Positions 1 to 7,550 of a stretch of DNA of 20,170 nucleotides are shown here, in pieces (position 1 is the stretch's first letter; the number at the start of each line of letters is the position of its first letter). A program made the translations under genes and the position numbers. Origin of the DNA: Bdellovibrionia bacterium (GTDB lineage: Bacteria; Bdellovibrionota; UBA1018). Location: contig JBMSSC010000039.1 of the NCBI GenBank assembly GCA_049424145.1, positions 1 to 20,170 on the forward strand, given 5' to 3'. The notes under the pieces were generated by a model, which searched no databases, was not told the DNA's origin, and saw nothing but the letters and a program-made list of their open reading frames with translations.

Positions 1-393
1 TTTTTAATTCTCATGTGGGGTGCCCATGGAATTCAACCAGCCACCGAGGGATCATCTTTTGGCTCATCAACTCATTCAAAAATGAATTTTCTCTGGCTTG
101 TAGGCTGCACCTGGATCTACACCGTAGGCGAGCTCTACTTATCTCCGATCGGATTATCTCTTGTAACGAAGATTGCTCCCGCAAGGCTAGTGAGCATGCT
201 CATGGGAGTTTGGCTCATGTCCTCGTTTTTTGGAAATTACCTCTCAGGCTACCTGGGCACTTACTATGAGAAGATGTCTCAAGAGAACTTCTTTCTCTTG
301 CTTGCAGCCTTAGGGGGAATCACCTCGCTTGCTCTCTTCTCGCTGCAAAGGCCTTTGAAAAAAGCCCTAGGCGAGAGCTCGATTAAAACCTAG
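1..393 (+). CDS. POT/PTR family proton-dependent oligopeptide transporter (MFS), 3' part only
   Basis: Frame is open from base 1. It carries the GELYLSPIGLSLVTKIAP...MLMGVW motif typical of the C-terminal helices of POT transporters, plus hydrophobic TM segments. TAG at 391-393. Confidence 0.9.
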   Translation, partial: FLILMWGAHGIQPATEGSSFGSSTHSKMNFLWLVGCTWIYTVGELYLSPIGLSLVTKIAPARLVSMLMGVWLMSSFFGNYLSGYLGTYYEKMSQENFFLLLAALGGITSLALFSLQRPLKKALGESSIKT

Positions 394-415
394 CCCCCGC
401 AGCAGGCCGTCTTTT

Positions 416-1867
416 TTAAGCAATCACCGAGGATAGGGCAAGAAACTTCGACTCCGTCATTTCTTCCATGGCGTAGCGAACTCCTTCTCTGCCCTGTCCA
501 CTCTCTTTGACCCCTCCATAAGGCTGGTGATCGTAACGAGTGGTGGGCACATCGTTCATCACTAAACCCCCGACATCCAATTCCCGGTGAAGGGTCTCAA
601 CCGTCTTCCAATTCTGAGTAAAAACACCGGACTGAAGTCCATAGCGACTGGAGTTGACCCAGGACACCACCTGCGAGAGCTCATCGAAGACGCGGGCCGT
701 CATCACGGGTCCAAAGATCTCCTGCTGGACTAATGCGGATTGGGACACGCAGAGGCTTTGAGCTTCGGTTTTGGGGTGAAACACCACGAGTGAGGGAGGC
801 AAAACTCCCTGACCGACCTGGGCAGAGGAGGCTTGAAGACTTAAGGAGACAATCGTTTCCACCTCACCCAACTGCTGCGCATGGGATTGAACCTGGTGCA
901 CCCAAGAACTGACGCGCTCACGGGCATTGGCATGAATCATGGGACCACATACCACGCCTGAGGCTTGGGGATCACCAAATCGAGTGCTCTCAGTGGCCGC
1001 TTTTAAGTGCGGTAAAAACGCCTGGCCAATGGACTCTTCAATCGCCACATTTTGAACTGAGATGCAGGACTGACCCGCGTACCCGAATGCGGCCTGAGCG
1101 ACCTTCTTTGCAATCAGAGGATACAACTCCTCAGGCGTGTCCTCCATCACCATCAGCCACGCATTCCCCCCAAGCTCCAAAGCCGTAGGTTTCTCCGGGG
1201 CTTGTCGCCTGATCTTCCAGCCCACTTCCGTAGACCCCGTAAAAGAAACCATCGCCACCTGGGGATGAGCGGTGAGCTCAGCGCTCCCGACATCATCGGC
1301 AATCACCACTTGCACGAGGTCCTTGACATGGTTTTGAAACAAGGATGCAAACTTCATCGCCGTCAGCGGAGTAAACGGAGAAGGTTTGATCACTACCGAG
1401 CACCCACAGGCTACGGCTGGGGCGACCTTATGGACCATTAAATTTAAGGGAAAATTAAAGGGCGTAATCCCGAGAATCACGCCGCGCGGCACCCGGGTGT
1501 GAAGCCCAAACCCAGGCCTCCCCCAAGGGGCTGTATCTAACTTCAGCAGCTCCCCTGAAAACCGCACACTCTCTGCGGCAGCCCACCTGAGCACACCCAG
1601 CGCGCGCTGCACTTCAGCCTGAGCATAAGCCACGGGTTTTCCTGCCTCTTGGGTGATCAACTGAGCAAAAGAGTCTTTTTGTGCCTCCAACTCGGAGGCC
1701 ACCGACAGAAGGAGCTCACTGCGTTGCCAGGAAAGCGCATGCTTCCACTTCTGAAACGAGGCATAGGCAGAAGCAATGATTTGGGCTCGCTTCTCGGATG
1801 AGGCATAGGGAAGCTCCGCCAGGAGCTCATCAGTGTAGGGATTTTTAATCTGCAAGGATTTGGACAT
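416..1867 (-). CDS. NAD(P)-dependent aldehyde dehydrogenase
   Basis: 483 aa with ITPFNFP, KPS, FTGS, catalytic Glu in LELGGNA, catalytic Cys in GQSCIS, EIFGPV and PYGGVKESGQGREG. Confidence 0.96.
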   Translation of the reverse strand: MSKSLQIKNPYTDELLAELPYASSEKRAQIIASAYASFQKWKHALSWQRSELLLSVASELEAQKDSFAQLITQEAGKPVAYAQAEVQRALGVLRWAAAESVRFSGELLKLDTAPWGRPGFGLHTRVPRGVILGITPFNFPLNLMVHKVAPAVACGCSVVIKPSPFTPLTAMKFASLFQNHVKDLVQVVIADDVGSAELTAHPQVAMVSFTGSTEVGWKIRRQAPEKPTALELGGNAWLMVMEDTPEELYPLIAKKVAQAAFGYAGQSCISVQNVAIEESIGQAFLPHLKAATESTRFGDPQASGVVCGPMIHANARERVSSWVHQVQSHAQQLGEVETIVSLSLQASSAQVGQGVLPPSLVVFHPKTEAQSLCVSQSALVQQEIFGPVMTARVFDELSQVVSWVNSSRYGLQSGVFTQNWKTVETLHRELDVGGLVMNDVPTTRYDHQPYGGVKESGQGREGVRYAMEEMTESKFLALSSVIA

Positions 1868-1873
1868 GACTTT

Positions 1874-1902
1874 TTCGTATCGAGATTAGGCCGCTTTGTC
1901 CA
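1874..1902 (-). promoter_or_regulatory. Possible sigma70 promoter for a leaderless ALDH transcript
   Basis: Minus strand TGGACA (1902-1897), 17 nt, TACGAA (1879-1874), 6 nt, ATG. No Shine-Dalgarno. The -10 box lacks the final T. Confidence 0.35.
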
Positions 1903-1992
1903 GTATGCGAATCCTCATGAAATAGGTTGAAAAGTGGATCACCTGCGGACAACGAGAGGAACGAAATTCAGCTCACTGAGGTGCCGCTCACC

Positions 1993-2022
1993 TCCCCCGG
2001 GCCTGACCCCGCGGGGGGTCAA
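1993..2022. repeat. GC-rich palindrome, REP-like
   Basis: TGACCCC (2004-2010) pairs with GGGGTCA (2015-2021). Alternatively CCCCCG (1994-1999) pairs with CGGGGG (2012-2017). Single copy in the window. Confidence 0.4.
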
Positions 2023-2143
2023 CGCCGTGACCAAGAAATTTGGACAGAACCAACTAAAGTGTTTTCGTCAGCTTCTGACTCAATCCCCCTTCCGTCTTAT
2101 CAACCTCCCCGTTCTTGTACTCCCCTAAATCGCACCCCCAAGG

Positions 2144-2446
2144 TTTCGAGATGTTTGTACCGCCTTTGAGGCGGATCTGAAGGAGTTCAAAAGCGAGGGA
2201 GACTACGTCCCCTTGTTCATTCACAATCCTCCCACAGTGTCAGTCTCAAGTTGAGTCAATAGCCTCAAAGCAGTACCGACACAGCAGATTCGAAAGCAAC
2301 CATTCCTCACTTTGCACCAGTCCATCTGGATGGATTCTCCATGGAGCGGAAGCTATTTTATTGGATCTTGCGGGGGCGCACCCGGAGAGGTCATCAAACA
2401 ATCCATAGAGCAGCAGCAAACGCCGCACTCACGTGCGGGCGCCTGA
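2144..2446 (+). pseudogene. tnpA: Decayed IS200/IS605-family Y1 (HUH) transposase
   Basis: Manual translation: FRDVCTAFEADLKEFKSEGDYVPLFIHNPPTVSVSS*VNSLKAVPTQQIRKQPFLTLHQSIWMDSPWSGSYFIGSCGGAPGEVIKQSIEQQQTPHSRAGA*. This follows the IS605/IS609-type TnpA pattern (VC.DFE..L.E..GE.DHVHLL..YPP...VS.LVNSLK...LWSPSYF.GSCGGAP...I.QYIEQQ.TP). There is an in-frame TGA at 2252-2254, the HVH motif reads YVP, the catalytic Tyr reads Ser, and the N-terminus is not recognisable. Confidence 0.9.
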
Positions 2447-2485
2447 TATCTCGCCCCTGAACGGGCGAGTTTTACGGCGTATTTG
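2144..2485 (-). mobile_element. IS200/IS605-family remnant with an intact left end; no tnpB and no clear right end
   Basis: tnpA reads toward a subterminal hairpin CTCGCCC-CTGAAC-GGGCGAG (2450-2469; outer pairing 2439-2443 with 2476-2480). On the minus strand the end reads TTAT|CAAATACGCCGTAAAACTCGCCCGTTCAGGGGCGAGATATCAGGCG, i.e. a TTAT target (2486-2489) followed by an IS605-group left end. The low-coordinate boundary is uncertain. Confidence 0.8.
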
Positions 2486-2511
2486 ATAATAAAAGGCGCT
2501 CGGGGTATAAC
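2483..2511 (+). promoter_or_regulatory. sigma70-type promoter for the aminotransferase operon
   Basis: TTGATA (2483-2488), exactly 17 nt, TATAAC (2506-2511). Each box is a 5/6 match to consensus. Confidence 0.65.
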
Positions 2512-2513
2512 GC

Positions 2514-2530
2514 AAAAAGTGGGACTTTTT
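2514..2530. promoter_or_regulatory. Inverted repeat over the predicted +1, candidate operator
   Basis: AAAAAGT-GGG-ACTTTTT, with perfect 7-bp arms just downstream of the -10 box. Confidence 0.4.
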
Positions 2531-2635
2531 AGGAGAACTTCAACCCATAGACCAATGCAGTGAATCCTGAGTGATGAATCCCAAAGCGCCTAACTTTGAG
2601 GGGCATCACTCCAATGCGTGAGGGAAAACCAAACT

Positions 2636-3973
2636 ATGAATACTGAACCACTCAAAACCATCGATCAAAAACATCACTTGCACCCCTTCACTCATCACTT
2701 GGACATGCACAAGAAAGGCACTCACGTCATTGAGTCCGCCCAAGGCATCTTTGTTCGGGATGACCAGGGCAGAAAACTCTTAGACGGCCTAGCCGGACTC
2801 TGGTGCGTAAACGTGGGCTACGGACGACAGGAGATCATTGATGCGGTTCATGCCCAGATGCAAAAGCTTGCGTTTTATCCTTCGTTTTTTAACTCCACCA
2901 CGGAAGCAACCATCCGCCTGGCTGAGCGAGTCACTCGCTTAGCTCCCCCTGCTTTAACCCACGTCTTTTTTAGCAACTCAGGCTCCGAGGCCAATGAGTC
3001 GGCATTAAAACTCATTCGCGCCTACCAAAAACTCAAAGGCCATTCAGGGAAATACAAAATCCTGACCCTAAGTAATGCCTACCATGGCGTCATGCTGGCC
3101 ACCACGAGCATGACTCGCTTAAGCAGTTGCCAGGTGCCTTTTGATCTGCCGCTCTCAGGCTTTGTTCAGATTCCAGGCCCCTATCGCTACGGAGCCAATA
3201 GCCCTCTCTCCCCTGAAGAGTACGGCAAGTGGTGTATTCAAGAGGCCGAGCGAATCATTGCTCAAGAGGGCCCAGAGACGATTGCTGCGCTTTACGCTGA
3301 GCCGGTTCAAGGAGCAGGAGGGGTGATTGTGCCGCCGGAAGGGTATTTAAAAGCCTTAAGACAGCTGGCCCGAAAACACGACATCCTTTTTGTGGCCGAT
3401 GAGGTCATCACAGGGTTTGGACGCCTGGGAGCCTGGTTCGGCTCCCTGCTCTGGGACTTGGATCCTGATTTCTTAACCACGGCCAAAGGGATCACCAGTG
3501 GCTACCTTCCTCTGGGCGCCACTCTAGTGCGCGATGAGATTGCCGATACGCTCATTCGCGGTGGCTACTTAGCGCATGGCTGCACCTACAGTGGTCACCC
3601 CAGTGCCTGCGCTGCGGCTCTAGCTAACCTCGATATTTTAGAAAAAGAAGACCTCATCACGCGCACACGGGAGATCACAGGACCCTACTTTCAGAAAAAA
3701 CTCAGAGAACTCTCCAACCACCCTGCCGTGGGAGAAGTCCGAGGTCATGGCTTAATCGGAGCCTATGAACTCCTCCCCAAAGGTGGACGAGCCAAGCTCT
3801 CGCCCACCCAACCCATGGGACCCAAAGCCACTCAGATTGCGCGTGAAGAAGGACTCATCGTCCGAGGCATCCGAGACATCATGGCCTTAGCCCCAGCTCT
3901 GATCATTACTGAGGCCGAGATCGACCAGTTATTCTTAGGCGTGAGAAAAACCCTCGATCGCCTCTGGGATTAA
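2636..3973 (+). CDS. Class-III PLP-dependent omega-aminotransferase (SpuC/polyamine:pyruvate transaminase-like)
   Basis: HHLHPFT, DGLAGLWCVNVGYGR, NSGSEANE, AEPVQGAGGVIVPP, ADEVITGFGR, PLP lysine in TAKGITSGYLP, and HGCTYSGHP. ATG 2636 is preferred over GTG 2618 because GAGGGA lies at 2620-2625. Confidence 0.93.
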   Translation: MNTEPLKTIDQKHHLHPFTHHLDMHKKGTHVIESAQGIFVRDDQGRKLLDGLAGLWCVNVGYGRQEIIDAVHAQMQKLAFYPSFFNSTTEATIRLAERVTRLAPPALTHVFFSNSGSEANESALKLIRAYQKLKGHSGKYKILTLSNAYHGVMLATTSMTRLSSCQVPFDLPLSGFVQIPGPYRYGANSPLSPEEYGKWCIQEAERIIAQEGPETIAALYAEPVQGAGGVIVPPEGYLKALRQLARKHDILFVADEVITGFGRLGAWFGSLLWDLDPDFLTTAKGITSGYLPLGATLVRDEIADTLIRGGYLAHGCTYSGHPSACAAALANLDILEKEDLITRTREITGPYFQKKLRELSNHPAVGEVRGHGLIGAYELLPKGGRAKLSPTQPMGPKATQIAREEGLIVRGIRDIMALAPALIITEAEIDQLFLGVRKTLDRLWD

Positions 3974-3980
3974 ACACCCC

Positions 3981-4889
3981 ATGAAAACGGATGAGATTCA
4001 CCATCCGATTGAAGACCTCGCACCGGGGGACCAAGGCTCTGCTCAATGGGATTGGAGCGGCATCCAAGTGCGCTCCATCACCTCGGAGCATGACCCTGGG
4101 TTCCCCCTGGTTTATGAGAAGTTTTGGGCGGAGTTTGGTGAAAAAAATGAACTGGAGGATCCATCAACGCTCATCCGCCGATTTCAGTGGAAGCCCAGGG
4201 AAACCCACGCCGATTACTCCCTTCACTACGAGATGATTGGGGTTTTCAAAGAGGATGCCTTCGTTGCAGCGCGAGATCACAGCGTCATCCTCTACCACCC
4301 CAAAAGTAACCCCAAGCAGAGTTTTGCTCTCGTACACCTCTCTCACGCCTTAATTGCGCCTCAGCATCGAGGACAAGGGTTGATTGGCTGGATTCGAGCA
4401 TGGCCCATTCAGCGAGCCAAGAAATTCATCCAAGAGGCAGGCCTTTCTCCCGAGACTCAAATTATTCTTCTAGCTGAGATGGAGCCCGCTCGGGAGCAGG
4501 ACCCCTTTAGCCTCAAACGCCTGCGCTCCTACAGACGAGCCGGATTTTTAATGGTGGATCCCGTCACGGTTTCTTACTGCCAGCCTGACTTTCGAAGCCC
4601 TGCGCAAATTGATCGCTCCGGAGGCCCCCAGTTTTTACCCCTACGCCTGATCTTAAGATGGGTGGGCCAGGAATCCCAGCGTGAGATCTCTGGGCAAACC
4701 CTCAAGCAATGGGTTTCTGCGCTTTATCACATGTACGCTCAGGGATTTCGTTCTCAAGACATGAAGCCACTGTGGACTCAGCTGGAGGAGTCTTACCCCA
4801 AAGACTCAAGCCGCGTCCTGCTTGTGGCTCCCGACTTCGACCCCTGTGGTTCATCTCCTACCTCCCCCATGAAAGGGTCCTCATCATGA
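3981..4889 (+). CDS. Uncharacterised protein with a probable GNAT acyltransferase fold
   Basis: 302 aa with acyl-CoA-binding motif A-like LSHALIAPQHRGQGLIG, followed by LAEMEP...RLRSYRRAGF...YCQP...LPLRL, as in GNAT-like proteins carrying a YxQP motif. It starts 7 nt after the aminotransferase stop. Confidence 0.7.
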   Translation: MKTDEIHHPIEDLAPGDQGSAQWDWSGIQVRSITSEHDPGFPLVYEKFWAEFGEKNELEDPSTLIRRFQWKPRETHADYSLHYEMIGVFKEDAFVAARDHSVILYHPKSNPKQSFALVHLSHALIAPQHRGQGLIGWIRAWPIQRAKKFIQEAGLSPETQIILLAEMEPAREQDPFSLKRLRSYRRAGFLMVDPVTVSYCQPDFRSPAQIDRSGGPQFLPLRLILRWVGQESQREISGQTLKQWVSALYHMYAQGFRSQDMKPLWTQLEESYPKDSSRVLLVAPDFDPCGSSPTSPMKGSSS

Positions 4890-5818
4890 TCACTGCTTAC
4901 TATGACCCACGGTTTCAAGCCCCCTTAGGTCATCACATCATGCCGATCCAGAAGTTTGGGCTCGTCGCTCAGGCCTTAAGCCAAGATCCAGACATTCAGA
5001 TCCTCTCCCCCTCTCCCATCACCGAGGAGGACCTGCTTCGCATTCATGATCCCGCGTATGTGCGTGCAGTTCGCACCGGTGAGCCTCGCGCCTTGGCCGA
5101 GTCTCAGAAGTTTCCCTGGAGCCCCGAGCTCTTTGCTTCCGTCCTGATGACCAATGGCGCTGTACTTGCCGCGGCCCGCAGGGCAATCCAAGAAGGGGCC
5201 GCTGCCGCTCTGGCCAGCGGATTTCATCACGCAGGCCCCATGCGCGGCGAGGGCTTTTGCACCTTCAACGGATTAATCCTTGCGCTGGAAATCTTAAGAT
5301 CCGAACACCAGATTCAACGCGCTGCCATCTTGGATCTTGATCTGCACTACGGCAATGGTACGGCGCAATTTGTTGAAACTCGCAACTGGATTCAAGCCCT
5401 CTCCATTTACGGCAACGACTACTGGGAGAATCAAGCCTACCGCGACGTAAGTGTCCTTCAGCACCGCGATGGAATCCATCATCAGTCCCGAGCCCTGCCC
5501 GCCCAGTGCGACGGCCCAACCCAGCTGCGCATCTTAGAGGAGAGTTTTGATTTTCTTCTAAAAAACGGAAAGCCCGACCTCCTGCTCTATCAAGCCGGAG
5601 CAGACCCCTTTTATCAGGACCCCTACTCGCCTTTGGCCTTAACCCATGAAGATCTTTTGGAACGGGACCGCGTCGTGTTTGAATTCACGCGCGCGCATCA
5701 AATACCCGTGGCATGGGTTTTAGCCGGAGGATACACCCCCGATCTCTCTCAAGTCGTGAAGGTACACACCAATACCTTTTTAGCCTGGAAAAAAGTCTAC
5801 GGTTCAATTGCGCCATGA
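4886..5818 (+). CDS. Zn-dependent histone deacetylase family protein (class IV/HDAC11-like)
   Basis: GHHIMPIQKF, GFHHA, GFCTFN, LDLDLHYGNGT, YQAGADP and LAGGY. The His dyad, Zn ligands and catalytic Tyr are retained. The start is reassigned to ATG 4886, which overlaps the upstream TGA (ATGA, 4886-4889). Confidence 0.92.
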   Translation: MITAYYDPRFQAPLGHHIMPIQKFGLVAQALSQDPDIQILSPSPITEEDLLRIHDPAYVRAVRTGEPRALAESQKFPWSPELFASVLMTNGAVLAAARRAIQEGAAAALASGFHHAGPMRGEGFCTFNGLILALEILRSEHQIQRAAILDLDLHYGNGTAQFVETRNWIQALSIYGNDYWENQAYRDVSVLQHRDGIHHQSRALPAQCDGPTQLRILEESFDFLLKNGKPDLLLYQAGADPFYQDPYSPLALTHEDLLERDRVVFEFTRAHQIPVAWVLAGGYTPDLSQVVKVHTNTFLAWKKVYGSIAP

Positions 5819-6080
5819 ATGCACTGCCGAGGGTGGGCCGCACGAGCTCAAGCTGGATTCCAAAAAGGACTGAGTCGATTCAACGCATCAACCCGGTGCG
5901 ATCTTCGCTGAGGTGAATTCCCCCGTTTTTTTACAAGCAATGCCCCACTCTTCGATGGAAGATTCCCTCATTTTAGCGGATCATTTAAGAGAGACCTGCT
6001 CTCAGGGAGCATCCAAGAGAGTTCAGGTCGGATGAATCACTGGTAAGAAGGTTTAAAAAAACCCGGGGGGGGGATTACCT

Positions 6081-7550
6081 TTGCTACACAGAAACTTGGG
6101 ATCGCTTCAGGTCCAATTGATTTCCATCGGTGGAATCATTGGATCGAGTTATTTTTTAGGAATTGGGTCCATCTTAAAACAGGCGGGGGGTACCACACTC
6201 CTTGCGTTTTTACTGGGCGGCGTCATTGTCAGTCTGGTTTCGCTTGCCATGTGTGAACTCAGCGTAGGAATGAGCCGAGAGGGAAGCTTCGTTTCCCAGT
6301 CACGAGAGCTCTTAGGAAGCCCGTGGGCTGCGGGGGTAGGTTGGGCTTATTGGTTTAATTGGTGTGCCTACATCCCGAGCGAAATGCTGGCCGGCGGGAT
6401 GATCCTTCATGAGTTTTTTCCCTCCATCTCGATTCTCCACTGGGCCATGCTTTTTGCAGCCGTAATCACCCTGATTAATCTTTTGAATGTAAAATACTTT
6501 GGTAAGATTGAATCCCTCTTAGCACTCATCAAAGTGATGGCCTTAGTCTTGTTCACCGTCTTAGGTACAGGGGTATGGCTTGGAATCGTAGGCGACCGGG
6601 CAAACACCCTGCGCCTTCCACAATCCCTCATGGGACCACTTTCCTACCCGACCTTGGATCCTACGCAAAGCCATTTACCCGGGGGAGCCTTTGCGTTTTT
6701 ACTCACCATGGTTTTAGTGCTCGTGAATTTTCAAGGCACCGAACTCATTGCCCTCACCGCAGCTGAGACGAAGAACCCAGAAAAAGATATCCCACGGGCC
6801 AGCCGCAATATTGCCCTCCGGATTATTCTGCTCTACGTGGTTCCGATCTCACTTCTGCTTTTGATTTTTCCACTCGATCAAGTACAAGTGGAAAAATCTG
6901 CATTCGTCACGGCCTTAGGTCACTATGGATTTCAACGGTCTGCCTCTGTTTTTCAGTGGATCATCATTACAGCCGCTTTAAGCTGCTCCAACTCAGGCCT
7001 GTATGGAGCGGTTCGAGCCCTCTACGGACTCGGTAAAGAGGGACTTGCTCCTGCCTGGGTTTCTAAAACCAACTCGCAGGGAGTCCCCCTCTACGCCACT
7101 GCCCTGACCATTAGTGTGGCTTGGGCGTTTCTGCCTTTGTATCATTTCTTTGAAAACTCCAACTTTTACGTCTGGCTCTTAAGTGTCTCAGGATTCACCG
7201 GAGCCTTGTGTTGGATCTCCATTACTCTTTGCCAAATCCGCTTTCGAAAGCAAGGAGGGAAAACTCAGGTGAAAGGAAACTCCGGCTACCAAATGCCAGG
7301 ATTTCCCGGCTTAAGTTACCTCTCACTGATCCTGCAGATCATTTGCCTGGGGTTTCTGGCCTTTCACCCCACGCTTCGCACCTCAATCATCTTGGGACTG
7401 CCGGCTTTTGCAGGACCCGCCCTGTATGTGTGGGCTAGGAACTGGGGAAGTAAGAACCCTGGCACACCTCATCAAGAGAACCCCCCTCAAAACTCCTCCC
7501 TGAAGGAAAGCAAAGACAACCTGGGAATTAGCCCAGCCCTCCGCCCTTAA
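6081..7550 (+). CDS. APC superfamily amino acid/amine permease (GabP/RocE/LysP-like)
   Basis: 489 aa with many TM segments, ISIGGIIGSSYFLG, FGKIESLLALIKV, FQGTELIALTAAETKNP and LSCSNSGLYGAVRALY. TTG start preceded by a G-rich tract. Confidence 0.93.
   Translation: MLHRNLGSLQVQLISIGGIIGSSYFLGIGSILKQAGGTTLLAFLLGGVIVSLVSLAMCELSVGMSREGSFVSQSRELLGSPWAAGVGWAYWFNWCAYIPSEMLAGGMILHEFFPSISILHWAMLFAAVITLINLLNVKYFGKIESLLALIKVMALVLFTVLGTGVWLGIVGDRANTLRLPQSLMGPLSYPTLDPTQSHLPGGAFAFLLTMVLVLVNFQGTELIALTAAETKNPEKDIPRASRNIALRIILLYVVPISLLLLIFPLDQVQVEKSAFVTALGHYGFQRSASVFQWIIITAALSCSNSGLYGAVRALYGLGKEGLAPAWVSKTNSQGVPLYATALTISVAWAFLPLYHFFENSNFYVWLLSVSGFTGALCWISITLCQIRFRKQGGKTQVKGNSGYQMPGFPGLSYLSLILQIICLGFLAFHPTLRTSIILGLPAFAGPALYVWARNWGSKNPGTPHQENPPQNSSLKESKDNLGISPALRP

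Noticed and set aside
1900..2143. tnpB gene, omega RNA or IS right end
   Set aside because: There is no room for tnpB and no RuvC or zinc-finger remnant was recognised. No TTGA followed by a right-end hairpin is present in the expected orientation.
1927..2428. Short ORFs 1927-2169, 1934-2128 and 2246-2428 as real genes
   Set aside because: No recognisable motifs or RBS. 2246-2428 is antisense to the tnpA relic. 1934-2128 shares the tnpA frame but shows no convincing TnpA similarity.
4709..4885. 59-aa N-terminal extension of the HDAC ORF
   Set aside because: It lies inside the upstream gene. Family similarity starts at MITAYY, and the ATGA overlap marks the natural start.
4886..5818. Calling the deacylase an acetylpolyamine amidohydrolase (aphA) or AcuC
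   Set aside because: The motifs look class IV-like and I see no APAH-specific signature. Context alone is insufficient.
5985..6055. Glycine or SAM-I riboswitch before the permease
   Set aside because: GAGAGACC and CTCTCAGG are only 2 nt apart, with no GCCGAAG core or intervening stems. The SAM-I-like words lack the P2 kink-turn and the P1 closing strand.
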